In this document: positions 20,198 to 27,853 of the stretch, piece by piece
Layout of the letters: the number at the start of each line of letters is the position of its first letter
Numbering within the stretch: position 1 is the stretch's first letter
Assembly: GCA_964402535.1 (NCBI GenBank)
Contig: CAYOCH010000001.1
Coordinates: 72,286-136,285, forward strand
Reading direction: 5' to 3'
DNA from: an uncultured Candidatus Saccharibacteria bacterium
GTDB lineage: Bacteria > Patescibacteriota > Minisyncoccia > Phycocordibacterales > Phycocordibacteraceae
DNA: 64,000 nt
The notes under the pieces: generated by a model
What the model saw: the letters and a program-made list of their open reading frames with translations, nothing else
Told to the model about the DNA's origin: nothing
Database searches by the model: none
Made by a program: the position numbers and the translations under genes

Positions 20198-20548
20198 TCA
20201 GCCTGAATGAAAATCCGACTGTTTTTTATGTGCCCCCGTGTATTCTGGTAGCACTTTCTCAATTTTTCTTTTGTAAAACTTCCTTACAGAAACATCTTTC
20301 TGGAATAAAAAATGATCTTCCGTGAAAGTACCGTCTTTTTTCTTATACCTAAGGCCTATCAAAATGCAATCTTTCGCGCTGGTTGGTATTGAATATGTGA
20401 CATGGTCAAATACACCATCTTTTTGTCTCAATTTTATTCCATGTTTATTTAGAACTTTCAGAAAGATTTCTGCAGTTGGCTTTTCCAAGCTGCCACTGTA
20501 AATACTATCGGTGATATGTTTTATCTCACCATAAGAATCATCTTTCAT
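20198..20548 (-). CDS. hypothetical protein (island cargo, 116 aa)
   Basis: low-GC ORF, last gene of the minus-strand cargo operon. Confidence 0.45.
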   Translation of the reverse strand: MKDDSYGEIKHITDSIYSGSLEKPTAEIFLKVLNKHGIKLRQKDGVFDHVTYSIPTSAKDCILIGLRYKKKDGTFTEDHFLFQKDVSVRKFYKRKIEKVLPEYTGAHKKQSDFHSG

Positions 20549-20575
20549 AATTCTAAGCCAGACAATGACCGATCT

Positions 20576-20965
20576 TTAACTGACGGATTTTGAGGCTGTA
20601 TTACTTTCGTCTTTTTTTGAATCCCAAGGAAGTGTCTTAGAAAAAGCGATGAAATAAGCAATCACTGCCCACGCTGGTATAACAACATTCGGAAATGGAT
20701 CGTTGACCAGGTCAGCTCTCTTAGTAAGAACCGTCATTATAATAATGATTATTACGGCAATGAGCTCAAGAGTCTTTCTCAGTGTTGTTTCTTTCGCGAG
20801 ACCAAGTTTTCGCTTTTTAGCGGACATGTACGCAATTGAGCCAAGAACCATAAACCATCCCCCAACAAGTAAGCTGCCGTTGACTTGACCTGCTCCACCC
20901 AAAAGTGCGAAAAGCCCAAGCACTAAAGCCGCATAAGAACCCCAGAAATTTTTATAGTCTTTCAT
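20576..20965 (-). CDS. hypothetical membrane protein (island cargo, 129 aa, ~4 TM)
   Basis: hydrophobic profile; low GC. Confidence 0.45.
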   Translation of the reverse strand: MKDYKNFWGSYAALVLGLFALLGGAGQVNGSLLVGGWFMVLGSIAYMSAKKRKLGLAKETTLRKTLELIAVIIIIIMTVLTKRADLVNDPFPNVVIPAWAVIAYFIAFSKTLPWDSKKDESNTASKSVS

Positions 20966-20977
20966 ATATAAATTATT

Positions 20978-21889
20978 CTAAAAACAATTTATCGTTGCTA
21001 CTCCGCCTCCGGCAGACTGGACGGTGCAAGAAGTGGAGCGAGGAACCGCCACGGGTGCGGTAGACTGCGTGAGCGTGGAAGAATACATGTTGTAATCTGA
21101 GACAAACGATGCAGCAAATCCCTGGAATGCATTCAACACTGTGTAGGTATCGGTCGGTGTTTGGTAGTTTAGGAAATACGAAAGCGGTTGAGATTGTAAA
21201 TTTGCTAAATCTGACTGCGCCTTTTCAATGATTGACTTTGTAGGCGCTTGTTGATTCATGATGCGTGTGATTCGCAGATTCGTCAGATTTCGCAAAGCAA
21301 CCGCTACCTGACTGTTATTGTTTGCGAGCGCATTTAGCACACCATTCATGCTGTCTATATCAGACGTCTGAAGATTGTAGAGGTATGTATAGCTAGAAAT
21401 TATTTTGTTGAGGGTGCCGATAGCGTCATTTTTTACTAAAACAGCAGCGGACAAATCTTGTGTCTGGGTTTGTGTCTGATTTTGGACTGGCAGATTTTGG
21501 TTTTGCGCTTGTTGTGTTTTTGATTGGCAATATGCTTTCCCGCCATCCCCAGGACATACAAAATCACTTCCAGACGGACAGGAAGAATAGTAGGTGCCGT
21601 TACAAAGGGTAGAATTTTTTGGCACGGCGGCTTCTGTCTTCGTGGACACACTCTGGCCTTTGTTGGTCGGTACCGTTTGAGGAGAAATTTTTACATTTCC
21701 TGTCGTGCTAGTTGCAAGAGGCGAAACGTTATTTGGAGTGTTATTCGGAGTAAAGAAGGTTGACACCCGATTTGTAAAAGGAGAAAAGATATACCAAGAA
21801 AGCGGATTCCACCATGCTGCGAAAGCAACTTGTGGAATAACAAAGATCATTACAGCGCCGACTGCAAAAAGATTTTTATACCCTTTCAT
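20978..21889 (-). CDS. secreted S/T/N/Q-rich protein with Cys cluster (island cargo, 303 aa)
   Basis: signal peptide, CNGTYYSSCPSGSDFVCPGDGGKAYC cysteine cluster, QTQTQTQ low-complexity region. Confidence 0.5.
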   Translation of the reverse strand: MKGYKNLFAVGAVMIFVIPQVAFAAWWNPLSWYIFSPFTNRVSTFFTPNNTPNNVSPLATSTTGNVKISPQTVPTNKGQSVSTKTEAAVPKNSTLCNGTYYSSCPSGSDFVCPGDGGKAYCQSKTQQAQNQNLPVQNQTQTQTQDLSAAVLVKNDAIGTLNKIISSYTYLYNLQTSDIDSMNGVLNALANNNSQVAVALRNLTNLRITRIMNQQAPTKSIIEKAQSDLANLQSQPLSYFLNYQTPTDTYTVLNAFQGFAASFVSDYNMYSSTLTQSTAPVAVPRSTSCTVQSAGGGVATINCF

Positions 21890-21894
21890 GATTA

Positions 21895-22116
21895 TTATTT
21901 CAAAAAATAATTGATGTCTTTGTCGTAGAGCTTTGCGAATCGCTTGAGTTCCACGACATCGACCCTCTGCTGTCCCGATTCGACGTTCGAGATATGTGAC
22001 TGCGGCCGGCCAATCTTTTTGGCGACTTGCGTCTGGGTCAATCCGGCCTCAAGGCGAGCCGTCCGCAGTCTCTCGACAAAGACAGCATATTCCTTTGTTT
22101 GGATTGACTTCTTCAT
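21895..22116 (-). CDS. XRE-family helix-turn-helix transcriptional regulator
   Basis: LTQTQVAKKIGRPQSHISNVESGQQ HTH_3 pattern; first gene of the cargo operon. Confidence 0.7.
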   Translation of the reverse strand: MKKSIQTKEYAVFVERLRTARLEAGLTQTQVAKKIGRPQSHISNVESGQQRVDVVELKRFAKLYDKDINYFLK

Positions 22117-22188
22117 ATGGTAAATGGTCTATCTAAGAAGTCAATATCCAAAGTTTGGATATTCTCGTGCTAAGCTGAATAGGACCTC

Positions 22189-22403
22189 GGCGACGCAAAC
22201 CAAAAATTTCCTTTCCATCCTTTTTCGCCTTTCGGCGGAGGGGTCGGGGGAGGAGCCGAGGAGAAAATGCAAGGAAATTTTGGGTTTGCCCGCGCGAGTC
22301 CGCGAGCGCGGGCGAGGCGCGATCGGAGCGTACGCATTAGTCCCGAGTCACCACGCGCTCGGCGCGTGCGAAGTGGGTTCGCGCAAAGTGTATAATTTCA
22401 TCA
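22189..22403. repeat. IR1-R (~215 bp)
   Basis: reverse complement of 19778-19993. Confidence 0.9.
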
Positions 22404-22515
22404 CATAGTAAAACATCTGCCGGAGTGAGTGCGGCGGAGCCGCGCCGCGAAGCGGCGCGGGAAGGAGCGGCGGCGAATTGCGCCCTGCGGGCGCGGGCTA
22501 ATTCGGAGGGCGGGC
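22403..22515. repeat. IR2-L (~113 bp), reverse complement of 23993-24105
   Basis: direct sequence comparison; lies immediately upstream of the recombinase start. Confidence 0.9.
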
Positions 22516-22576
22516 AGGATGCAAGAAATGAAATCGGAAATGGTACTTGTCGGTTTTGAATCCAAAATCTATTTAT

Positions 22577-24166
22577 ATGTCGGCTAAACCAAAATATTTT
22601 CTCTACGCGCGCAAAAGCACCGAGGACGACGACAGGCAAGTGATGTCCATTGAGGCGCAACTTTTCGAGCTACGCGAGTATGCGCGCAGAGAAAATCTTG
22701 AAATTCTTGAGGAATTTCAAGAGTCGAAAAGCGCAAAGAGCCCGGGGCGGGATATTTTCGGCAGAATGATGATGCGCGTCGAGGGTATGCAGGGCGTCGG
22801 GATTTTAGCGTGGCATCCTGACCGATTGGCGAGAAATAGCATTGACGGCGGACGCATCATCTACGCCGTGGACACTTCGCGTATTGTCTCTTTGCGCTTT
22901 CCGACATTTTGGTTTGAGCCGACGCCGCAGGGGCTCTTTATGTTGCAAGTGGCGTTCGGCCAGTCGAAATATTACAGCGACAATCTCACACAGAACGTCG
23001 AACGAGGGTTCCGCCAAAAACTGCGCCGCGGCGAGTGGCTGACGCGCGCTCCCTTTGGCTATGTGAATAATCCGCGCACGCGGAATATCGAACCCGACCC
23101 CGTGAAGTCGCGGGTCGTGGTGCGCGCGTTCGAGGAGTACGCCAAAGGATTGCACACGCTGGTTTCGTTGGGGCAGTTTTTGGCGGAACACGGCGTTGTG
23201 ACCCGCGCCGGAACGCCACTTGGCAAAGCTTCCGTGGCGAGATTGCTTTCCAATCGCGCGTATCTCGGACTTACCAAACATCACGGCGAATTTTTCCCCG
23301 GAAGCTTTGCGCCAATTCTTTCTGCGCCACTGTTTGAAGCCGTCCAAAAGAAATTGCATGAGCGAGCGCGTCCCCGTCACAGCCGCGTCCGCCATGACTT
23401 TCCATTTACGGGTCTGTTTCGGTGCGGCGAGTGCGGTGCAATGATTACCGCACAGTGGACTACAGGTCGTCATGGCGGACGCTACCGCTACTACCGCTGT
23501 ACCAAAAAGAATGGCACGTGCGGTCAAGGATATTTGCAGGAGGACGCGCTCGTCATGCAGACAAAGGAACGGCTTCAAGCAGTGTCGCTCCCCGACGACT
23601 GGGCAGAGTACATGCTCGGCAAGGCCGAGGAATGGGACAAGGCGGACAAGCAGTCGTCGGGGAGCCATGCCGAGCGACTGAAATCCGAACTAAAGGAAAT
23701 CGAGCGAAAGCTTGATGCGCTCGTTGATTTGCACCTGAACGGCGATATTGAGCGCGCGAGGTATCTGGCGAAAAAGGACGCACTGATGCGCCTCAAGCTC
23801 TCGCTCGATACAAAATTATCAGCCGCCCGACACGGCAGAAAGAATTGGGTCGAACCCCTGCGGCAGTGGATTTTGGATTCAAAACGCGCGGGGTTTCTGG
23901 CTTCCAGTACAAACTACGCGGAAATCCGCGAGTTTGTCCGTTCCTTCGGAACGAACCCCGCGATGCGCGACAAGACCATTTCGATTTCATTTTGCCCGCC
24001 CTCCGAATTAGCCCGCGCCCGCAGGGCGCAATTCGCCGCCGCTCCTTCCCGCGCCGCTTCGCGGCGCGGCTCCGCCGCACTCACTCCGGCAGATGTTTTA
24101 CTATGTGACCCCACGGGGAATCGAACCCCGATTTACGCCGTGAAAGGGCGCTGTCCTAACCGTTAG
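22577..24166 (+). CDS. large serine recombinase (resolvase/invertase N-domain plus recombinase and zinc-ribbon domains)
   Basis: YARKSTEDDD...SIEAQ catalytic Ser region, CGECGAMITAQW...YRCTKKNGTCGQ zinc ribbon; ORF C-terminus reads through IR2-R into the tRNA-Glu gene, so the true C-terminus is uncertain. Confidence 0.85.
   Translation: MSAKPKYFLYARKSTEDDDRQVMSIEAQLFELREYARRENLEILEEFQESKSAKSPGRDIFGRMMMRVEGMQGVGILAWHPDRLARNSIDGGRIIYAVDTSRIVSLRFPTFWFEPTPQGLFMLQVAFGQSKYYSDNLTQNVERGFRQKLRRGEWLTRAPFGYVNNPRTRNIEPDPVKSRVVVRAFEEYAKGLHTLVSLGQFLAEHGVVTRAGTPLGKASVARLLSNRAYLGLTKHHGEFFPGSFAPILSAPLFEAVQKKLHERARPRHSRVRHDFPFTGLFRCGECGAMITAQWTTGRHGGRYRYYRCTKKNGTCGQGYLQEDALVMQTKERLQAVSLPDDWAEYMLGKAEEWDKADKQSSGSHAERLKSELKEIERKLDALVDLHLNGDIERARYLAKKDALMRLKLSLDTKLSAARHGRKNWVEPLRQWILDSKRAGFLASSTNYAEIREFVRSFGTNPAMRDKTISISFCPPSELARARRAQFAAAPSRAASRRGSAALTPADVLLCDPTGNRTPIYAVKGRCPNR
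23993..24105. repeat. IR2-R (~113 bp)
   Basis: reverse complement of 22403-22515; ends exactly at the tRNA-Glu 3' terminus. Confidence 0.9.
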
Positions 24167-24177
24167 ACGATAGGGCC
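24106..24177 (-). tRNA. tRNA-Glu (anticodon TTC)
   Basis: cloverleaf by eye: acceptor GGCCCTA/TGGGGTC (two G-U pairs), anticodon loop CTTTCAC, T-arm CGGGGTTCGATTCCCCG; CCA not encoded. Confidence 0.8.
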
Positions 24178-24232
24178 TCACTACACGCGAATCCTAGCAT
24201 TTTCGGCCTCAAATGCTAGAATCTCGGCACAC

Positions 24233-24320
<88 letters not shown>

Positions 24321-24434
24321 ATCAGATTTTTCCACAGATGACGAAATAATGAATTGTGATAAGGTGTAGAGACAAAAGGACCAGAGATGGCCGCTTTTGT
24401 TTTTTGTTCTTTCACCAATCAGTGTACGGGAGTA

Positions 24435-24611
24435 GACATGCTGGACAATATCGCAGTTAACAACCTTGCGCGGCCGCTTCAACAAGAGGTGGAGACCGCA
24501 CAAGCTGCAGCAGCAGAAGCCGCGCGTCGTGCGCACGACCCGCGGTATAGCCACGAGCCGTTCGGCTGGGCTCGCGTCATGCTCGAAGAAGGCCTGACGC
24601 CCCGTCCATAA
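24435..24611 (+). CDS. hypothetical small protein (58 aa)
   Basis: GGGAG RBS before ATG 24435; hairpin plus T-rich tract downstream; no family match. Confidence 0.3.
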   Translation, partial: DMLDNIAVNNLARPLQQEVETAQAAAAEAARRAHDPRYSHEPFGWARVMLEEGLTPRP

Positions 24612-24702
24612 TCGGATTGGATCACGAAAGCGCATCCCTCGCGGGGTGCGCTTTCCTTATCGTTATTCCTGCGGCATGAAGATTGTGGTATAGTCGCACC
24701 AC

Positions 24703-24775
24703 GCGCGGTTAGCTCAGTTGGTAGAGCACTTCCTTGACGTGGATGGGGTCATAGGTTCGAATCCTATACCGCGCA
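24703..24775 (+). tRNA. tRNA-Val (anticodon GAC)
   Basis: GCGCGGT/ACCGCGC acceptor, anticodon loop TTGACGT, closely resembles E. coli valV. Confidence 0.8.
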
Positions 24776-24778
24776 CCC

Positions 24779-25549
24779 ATGGGTCCGAAGCGCCACAGCC
24801 CCAAGCAGGGCAAAGTGTATATATACGGCAAGCATGCGCTCATAGAGGCGCTCATGAACGCGCCTCAGGTGGTGCGCAAGGTCTTTCTCGCGTCGACCGT
24901 CCGTGACCGTGACCTGCTCTCACTCATCGAGAAGCACGCGACCCCCGTCTCTCCGCTCTCGACGGGACGCGGCAAAGAGATCGTCGGCAAGGACACGGCG
25001 CACCAGGGCGTCATCGCGACGATGGATCCCGCTGCCCTTCTCCTCTCGCTTGATGACTTCATCGCGAAGCTTGACCTGTCCAAGAATCCGGCCATCGCCG
25101 TACTCGGCGAGGTGCAGGATCCGCACAACGTCGGCGCGATCATCCGCTCAGCAGCCGCCTTCGGCCTCGCGGGCGTGCTCATCCCCGAGCACCACCAGGC
25201 CGGCATCACGGGCGCGGTCGTGAAGACCTCTGCCGGGATGGCCTTCCGCGTGCCGCTCGTCTCGATCGGTAATGTGAACGCGACCCTCGCCGCGCTCAAG
25301 AAGAAAGGCTTCTGGGTCTACGGCCTTGCGATGGCGGGCACCGCGCAGCTCGGCACGGACGTCTTCAACGCTCCGGTCGCATTCGTGGTCGGCAACGAAG
25401 GCTCCGGTATCCGCGAGAAGACGCTCGAGGCCTGCGACGTCACGCTCTCGATCCCGATGCACCCGCGCACCGAGTCGCTCAATGCTGCGGTCTCTGCTGC
25501 GGTCGTCTTTTACGAATGGTCGAAGAAGCACCCTGAATTCTTGGTATGA
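24779..25549 (+). CDS. TrmH/SpoU-family RNA 2'-O-methyltransferase (RlmB-like)
   Basis: VYGKHALIEAL N-terminus and SpoU methylase core (GEVQDPHNVGAIIRSAAAFG, FVVGNEGSGI). Confidence 0.8.
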   Translation: MGPKRHSPKQGKVYIYGKHALIEALMNAPQVVRKVFLASTVRDRDLLSLIEKHATPVSPLSTGRGKEIVGKDTAHQGVIATMDPAALLLSLDDFIAKLDLSKNPAIAVLGEVQDPHNVGAIIRSAAAFGLAGVLIPEHHQAGITGAVVKTSAGMAFRVPLVSIGNVNATLAALKKKGFWVYGLAMAGTAQLGTDVFNAPVAFVVGNEGSGIREKTLEACDVTLSIPMHPRTESLNAAVSAAVVFYEWSKKHPEFLV

Positions 25550-26427
25550 ACCTTTCGACTTTGCTCAAGGTAAAACTCGACCAGCACCTCACAGCAGAAT
25601 CGTGGGCGGATTACGAACTCATCGACTCGGGTGAGAACATGAAGCTCGAGCGCTTCGGCTCGGTCGTCGTCGCACGTCCAGAGACGCAGGCGTTGTGGAA
25701 GAAGGGTCAGCCGGAGTTGTGGAGCAGTGCCCACGCCGTCTTCGCCTTCCGCGACAAGAAGGGATCGTGGGACATGCTAAAGAGCGCCCCAGAGTCGTGG
25801 CCGGTCACCTGGCAGAGCGCGACATGCTCCGCGCGCCTCACCACCTTCAAGCACACGGGCATCTTCCCCGAGCAAGCGCCGAACTGGGAGTGGCTCGCGC
25901 GGGTCGTGAAGCCCGAGATGCAGATGCTGAACCTGTTCGGCTACACCGGTATGGCGACCGTCGTCGCCGCGAAGGCCGGCGCGCACGTGACGCATGTCGA
26001 TGCCTCTAAGCAGTCGCTCGACTGGGCGCACGAGAATGCGCGCCTCTCGGGTGTGGGCGAAGAGTCGATCCGTTGGATCCTCGATGACGCGCTCGCATTT
26101 GCGAAGCGCGAGGCGCGCCGCGGTGCGCAATACGACGGCATCATCCTCGACCCTCCGGCCTTCGGCCGCGGCGCCAAGGGCGAGGTGTGGAAGATCGAAG
26201 AGGATCTCCCTGCCCTCCTCGACACGCTCAAGCCGCTCCTCGCTGAAAGCGCCGGGTCGTTCTTCCTCATAAACGGCTACGCCGCCGGCTACTCGCCGCG
26301 CTCGTTTGCACAGGCGGTCGAGAGCACCTTTGGTAGCGTACACGGCGAAGCGGGAGAACTTTTCATCAAAGAATCTGCAACCGACCGTGTCATCCCCGCA
26401 GGCATCTACGTCCGCTTTGTGCGGTAA
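25546..26427 (+). CDS. class I SAM-dependent methyltransferase (RlmI/YccW-like core)
   Basis: LNLFGYTGMATVVAA...ILDPPAFGRG motifs. Confidence 0.6.
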   Translation: MNLSTLLKVKLDQHLTAESWADYELIDSGENMKLERFGSVVVARPETQALWKKGQPELWSSAHAVFAFRDKKGSWDMLKSAPESWPVTWQSATCSARLTTFKHTGIFPEQAPNWEWLARVVKPEMQMLNLFGYTGMATVVAAKAGAHVTHVDASKQSLDWAHENARLSGVGEESIRWILDDALAFAKREARRGAQYDGIILDPPAFGRGAKGEVWKIEEDLPALLDTLKPLLAESAGSFFLINGYAAGYSPRSFAQAVESTFGSVHGEAGELFIKESATDRVIPAGIYVRFVR

Positions 26428-26436
26428 CATACGACT

Positions 26437-27279
26437 ATGCCGGCTAAGCAGATAGTCGTCCTCTACCACCGCAACTGCCCGGACGGCTTCGGAGCCGCAT
26501 ATGCCGCGTGGAAGAAGTATGGCGACATGGCCGAATATATCCCGGTCGCCTATGGCGATTCCGTCGTCGAAGGGCTTGAGGGCAAAGAGGTATTCATCCT
26601 TGACTTCAGCTATGAGCTCCCCGGCGAGATAGACCGATTGAAGTCCATAGCGAAGCGGCTCGTCATCATCGATCATCACGAAAGCGCCCGCGCACTCGTC
26701 GAGGGCGTGCCCGAACACATATTCGATACGAACCACTCCGGCGCCTCGCTCGCCTGGTCGTATTTCCATCCCGATACCGAGATCCCGCTCTTGCTGCAAT
26801 ATATCGAAGACGTCGACTTGTATCGATTCGCGCTGCCGCAGTCTGAAGAAGTGAACACCTTTGTAGCGATCCAAAAGCTCGACTTCGCTGTCTGGGATAA
26901 GCTCGTACCGAAGTTCGACAATCCGACCACTCGCGTCACGATCCTCAAGGCGGCTTCATTCTATAGCGAATATTTCAATGCGCTCGCAGAGCAGTCAGTC
27001 GAAAAAGCGAAGAAGGTCCGATTCGAGGGCTACGAATGCTACTTCGCCACGACGCACGGCGCGATGCGCTCGCGCGTCGCACACGAGCTCTACACGAAGC
27101 TCCCGCCGATCGCGCTCGTCGTGAATGCACACCCCGACGGCTTCGGCGTGTCCATCCGCGGCGACGGGACCGTCGATGTCTCACAGATCGCGATGAAATA
27201 TAACGGCGGCGGCCATCCGAACTCTTCGGGATTCTTCATTAGGAACGGCACCGAGGTGCCGTGGGTCGAGGTTGATTAG
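26437..27279 (+). CDS. DHH-family phosphoesterase (NrnA-like nanoRNase/pAp phosphatase)
   Basis: IIDHHES DHH motif and YNGGGHPNSSG DHHA1 GGGH motif. Confidence 0.7.
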   Translation: MPAKQIVVLYHRNCPDGFGAAYAAWKKYGDMAEYIPVAYGDSVVEGLEGKEVFILDFSYELPGEIDRLKSIAKRLVIIDHHESARALVEGVPEHIFDTNHSGASLAWSYFHPDTEIPLLLQYIEDVDLYRFALPQSEEVNTFVAIQKLDFAVWDKLVPKFDNPTTRVTILKAASFYSEYFNALAEQSVEKAKKVRFEGYECYFATTHGAMRSRVAHELYTKLPPIALVVNAHPDGFGVSIRGDGTVDVSQIAMKYNGGGHPNSSGFFIRNGTEVPWVEVD

Positions 27280-27833
27280 AGCTTAAAGAGCTTGTCGCGA
27301 TAGAGCTTCAGTTCTCCTATCGACGCGAGAATATCGTCGGCAGCGCGATGCGCGCTCTCGCCCTTCAATTCCTTCACTTCTTCGAAGACCGTCGGCGCCC
27401 AACGGCGTGCGAGCTCCTTTATCGATGAGACGTCGATGCAGCGATAAAAGAGATACTGGTCAATCTGCGGCATCTGCAGCTTCAAGAAATGCCGGTCCAT
27501 ATGGATGGAATTGCCGCACAAGGGCGCTGTCTGCGGCGCGACGTAATCCTGCAAGAATTCGAGCACCATCTGCTCCGCCTGCTCGAGCGTCACGTCGCTT
27601 GCCGCCGCCGCGTCAACGAGCTCACGCTGAAGCGGCCAATCGAGCGTCTCAGGCCGCTTTCGCGATTCGTAGAATGCTTTGTCCGTCTGGATAACGATAC
27701 TCGGGAGCTCGGCGACGATGTTCAAATCTTTATCCGTCAGGACGACCGCGATCTCGGTGATGCGGTCGACGCGAGCATCCTGAATCGAGGTCATCTCGAG
27801 GTCCATCCAGACGAGGAGGTCATTCCGCTGCAT
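27276..27833 (-). CDS. orn: oligoribonuclease
   Basis: DEDDh exonuclease: WMDLEMTS..., HRAADDI. Confidence 0.85.
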   Translation of the reverse strand: MQRNDLLVWMDLEMTSIQDARVDRITEIAVVLTDKDLNIVAELPSIVIQTDKAFYESRKRPETLDWPLQRELVDAAAASDVTLEQAEQMVLEFLQDYVAPQTAPLCGNSIHMDRHFLKLQMPQIDQYLFYRCIDVSSIKELARRWAPTVFEEVKELKGESAHRAADDILASIGELKLYRDKLFKL

Positions 27834-27853
27834 TAGGGCTATACTACTCCCAC

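Larger units (their letters stand above)
19778..24105. mobile_element. low-GC integrated element at the 3' end of tRNA-Glu with large serine recombinase and nested long inverted repeats
   Basis: GC drop (~40-52% vs ~65%); recombinase gene; perfect IR pairs 19778-19993/22189-22403 and 22403-22515/23993-24105; abuts tRNA-Glu 3' end at 24106. Confidence 0.7.

Noticed and set aside
22547-22576. Recombinase start at the TTG/first codon of the track ORF (MSVLNPKSIY)
   Set aside because: Serine recombinases begin just before the YARxST catalytic block. The internal ATG (MSAKPKYFLYARKST) is the more plausible start.
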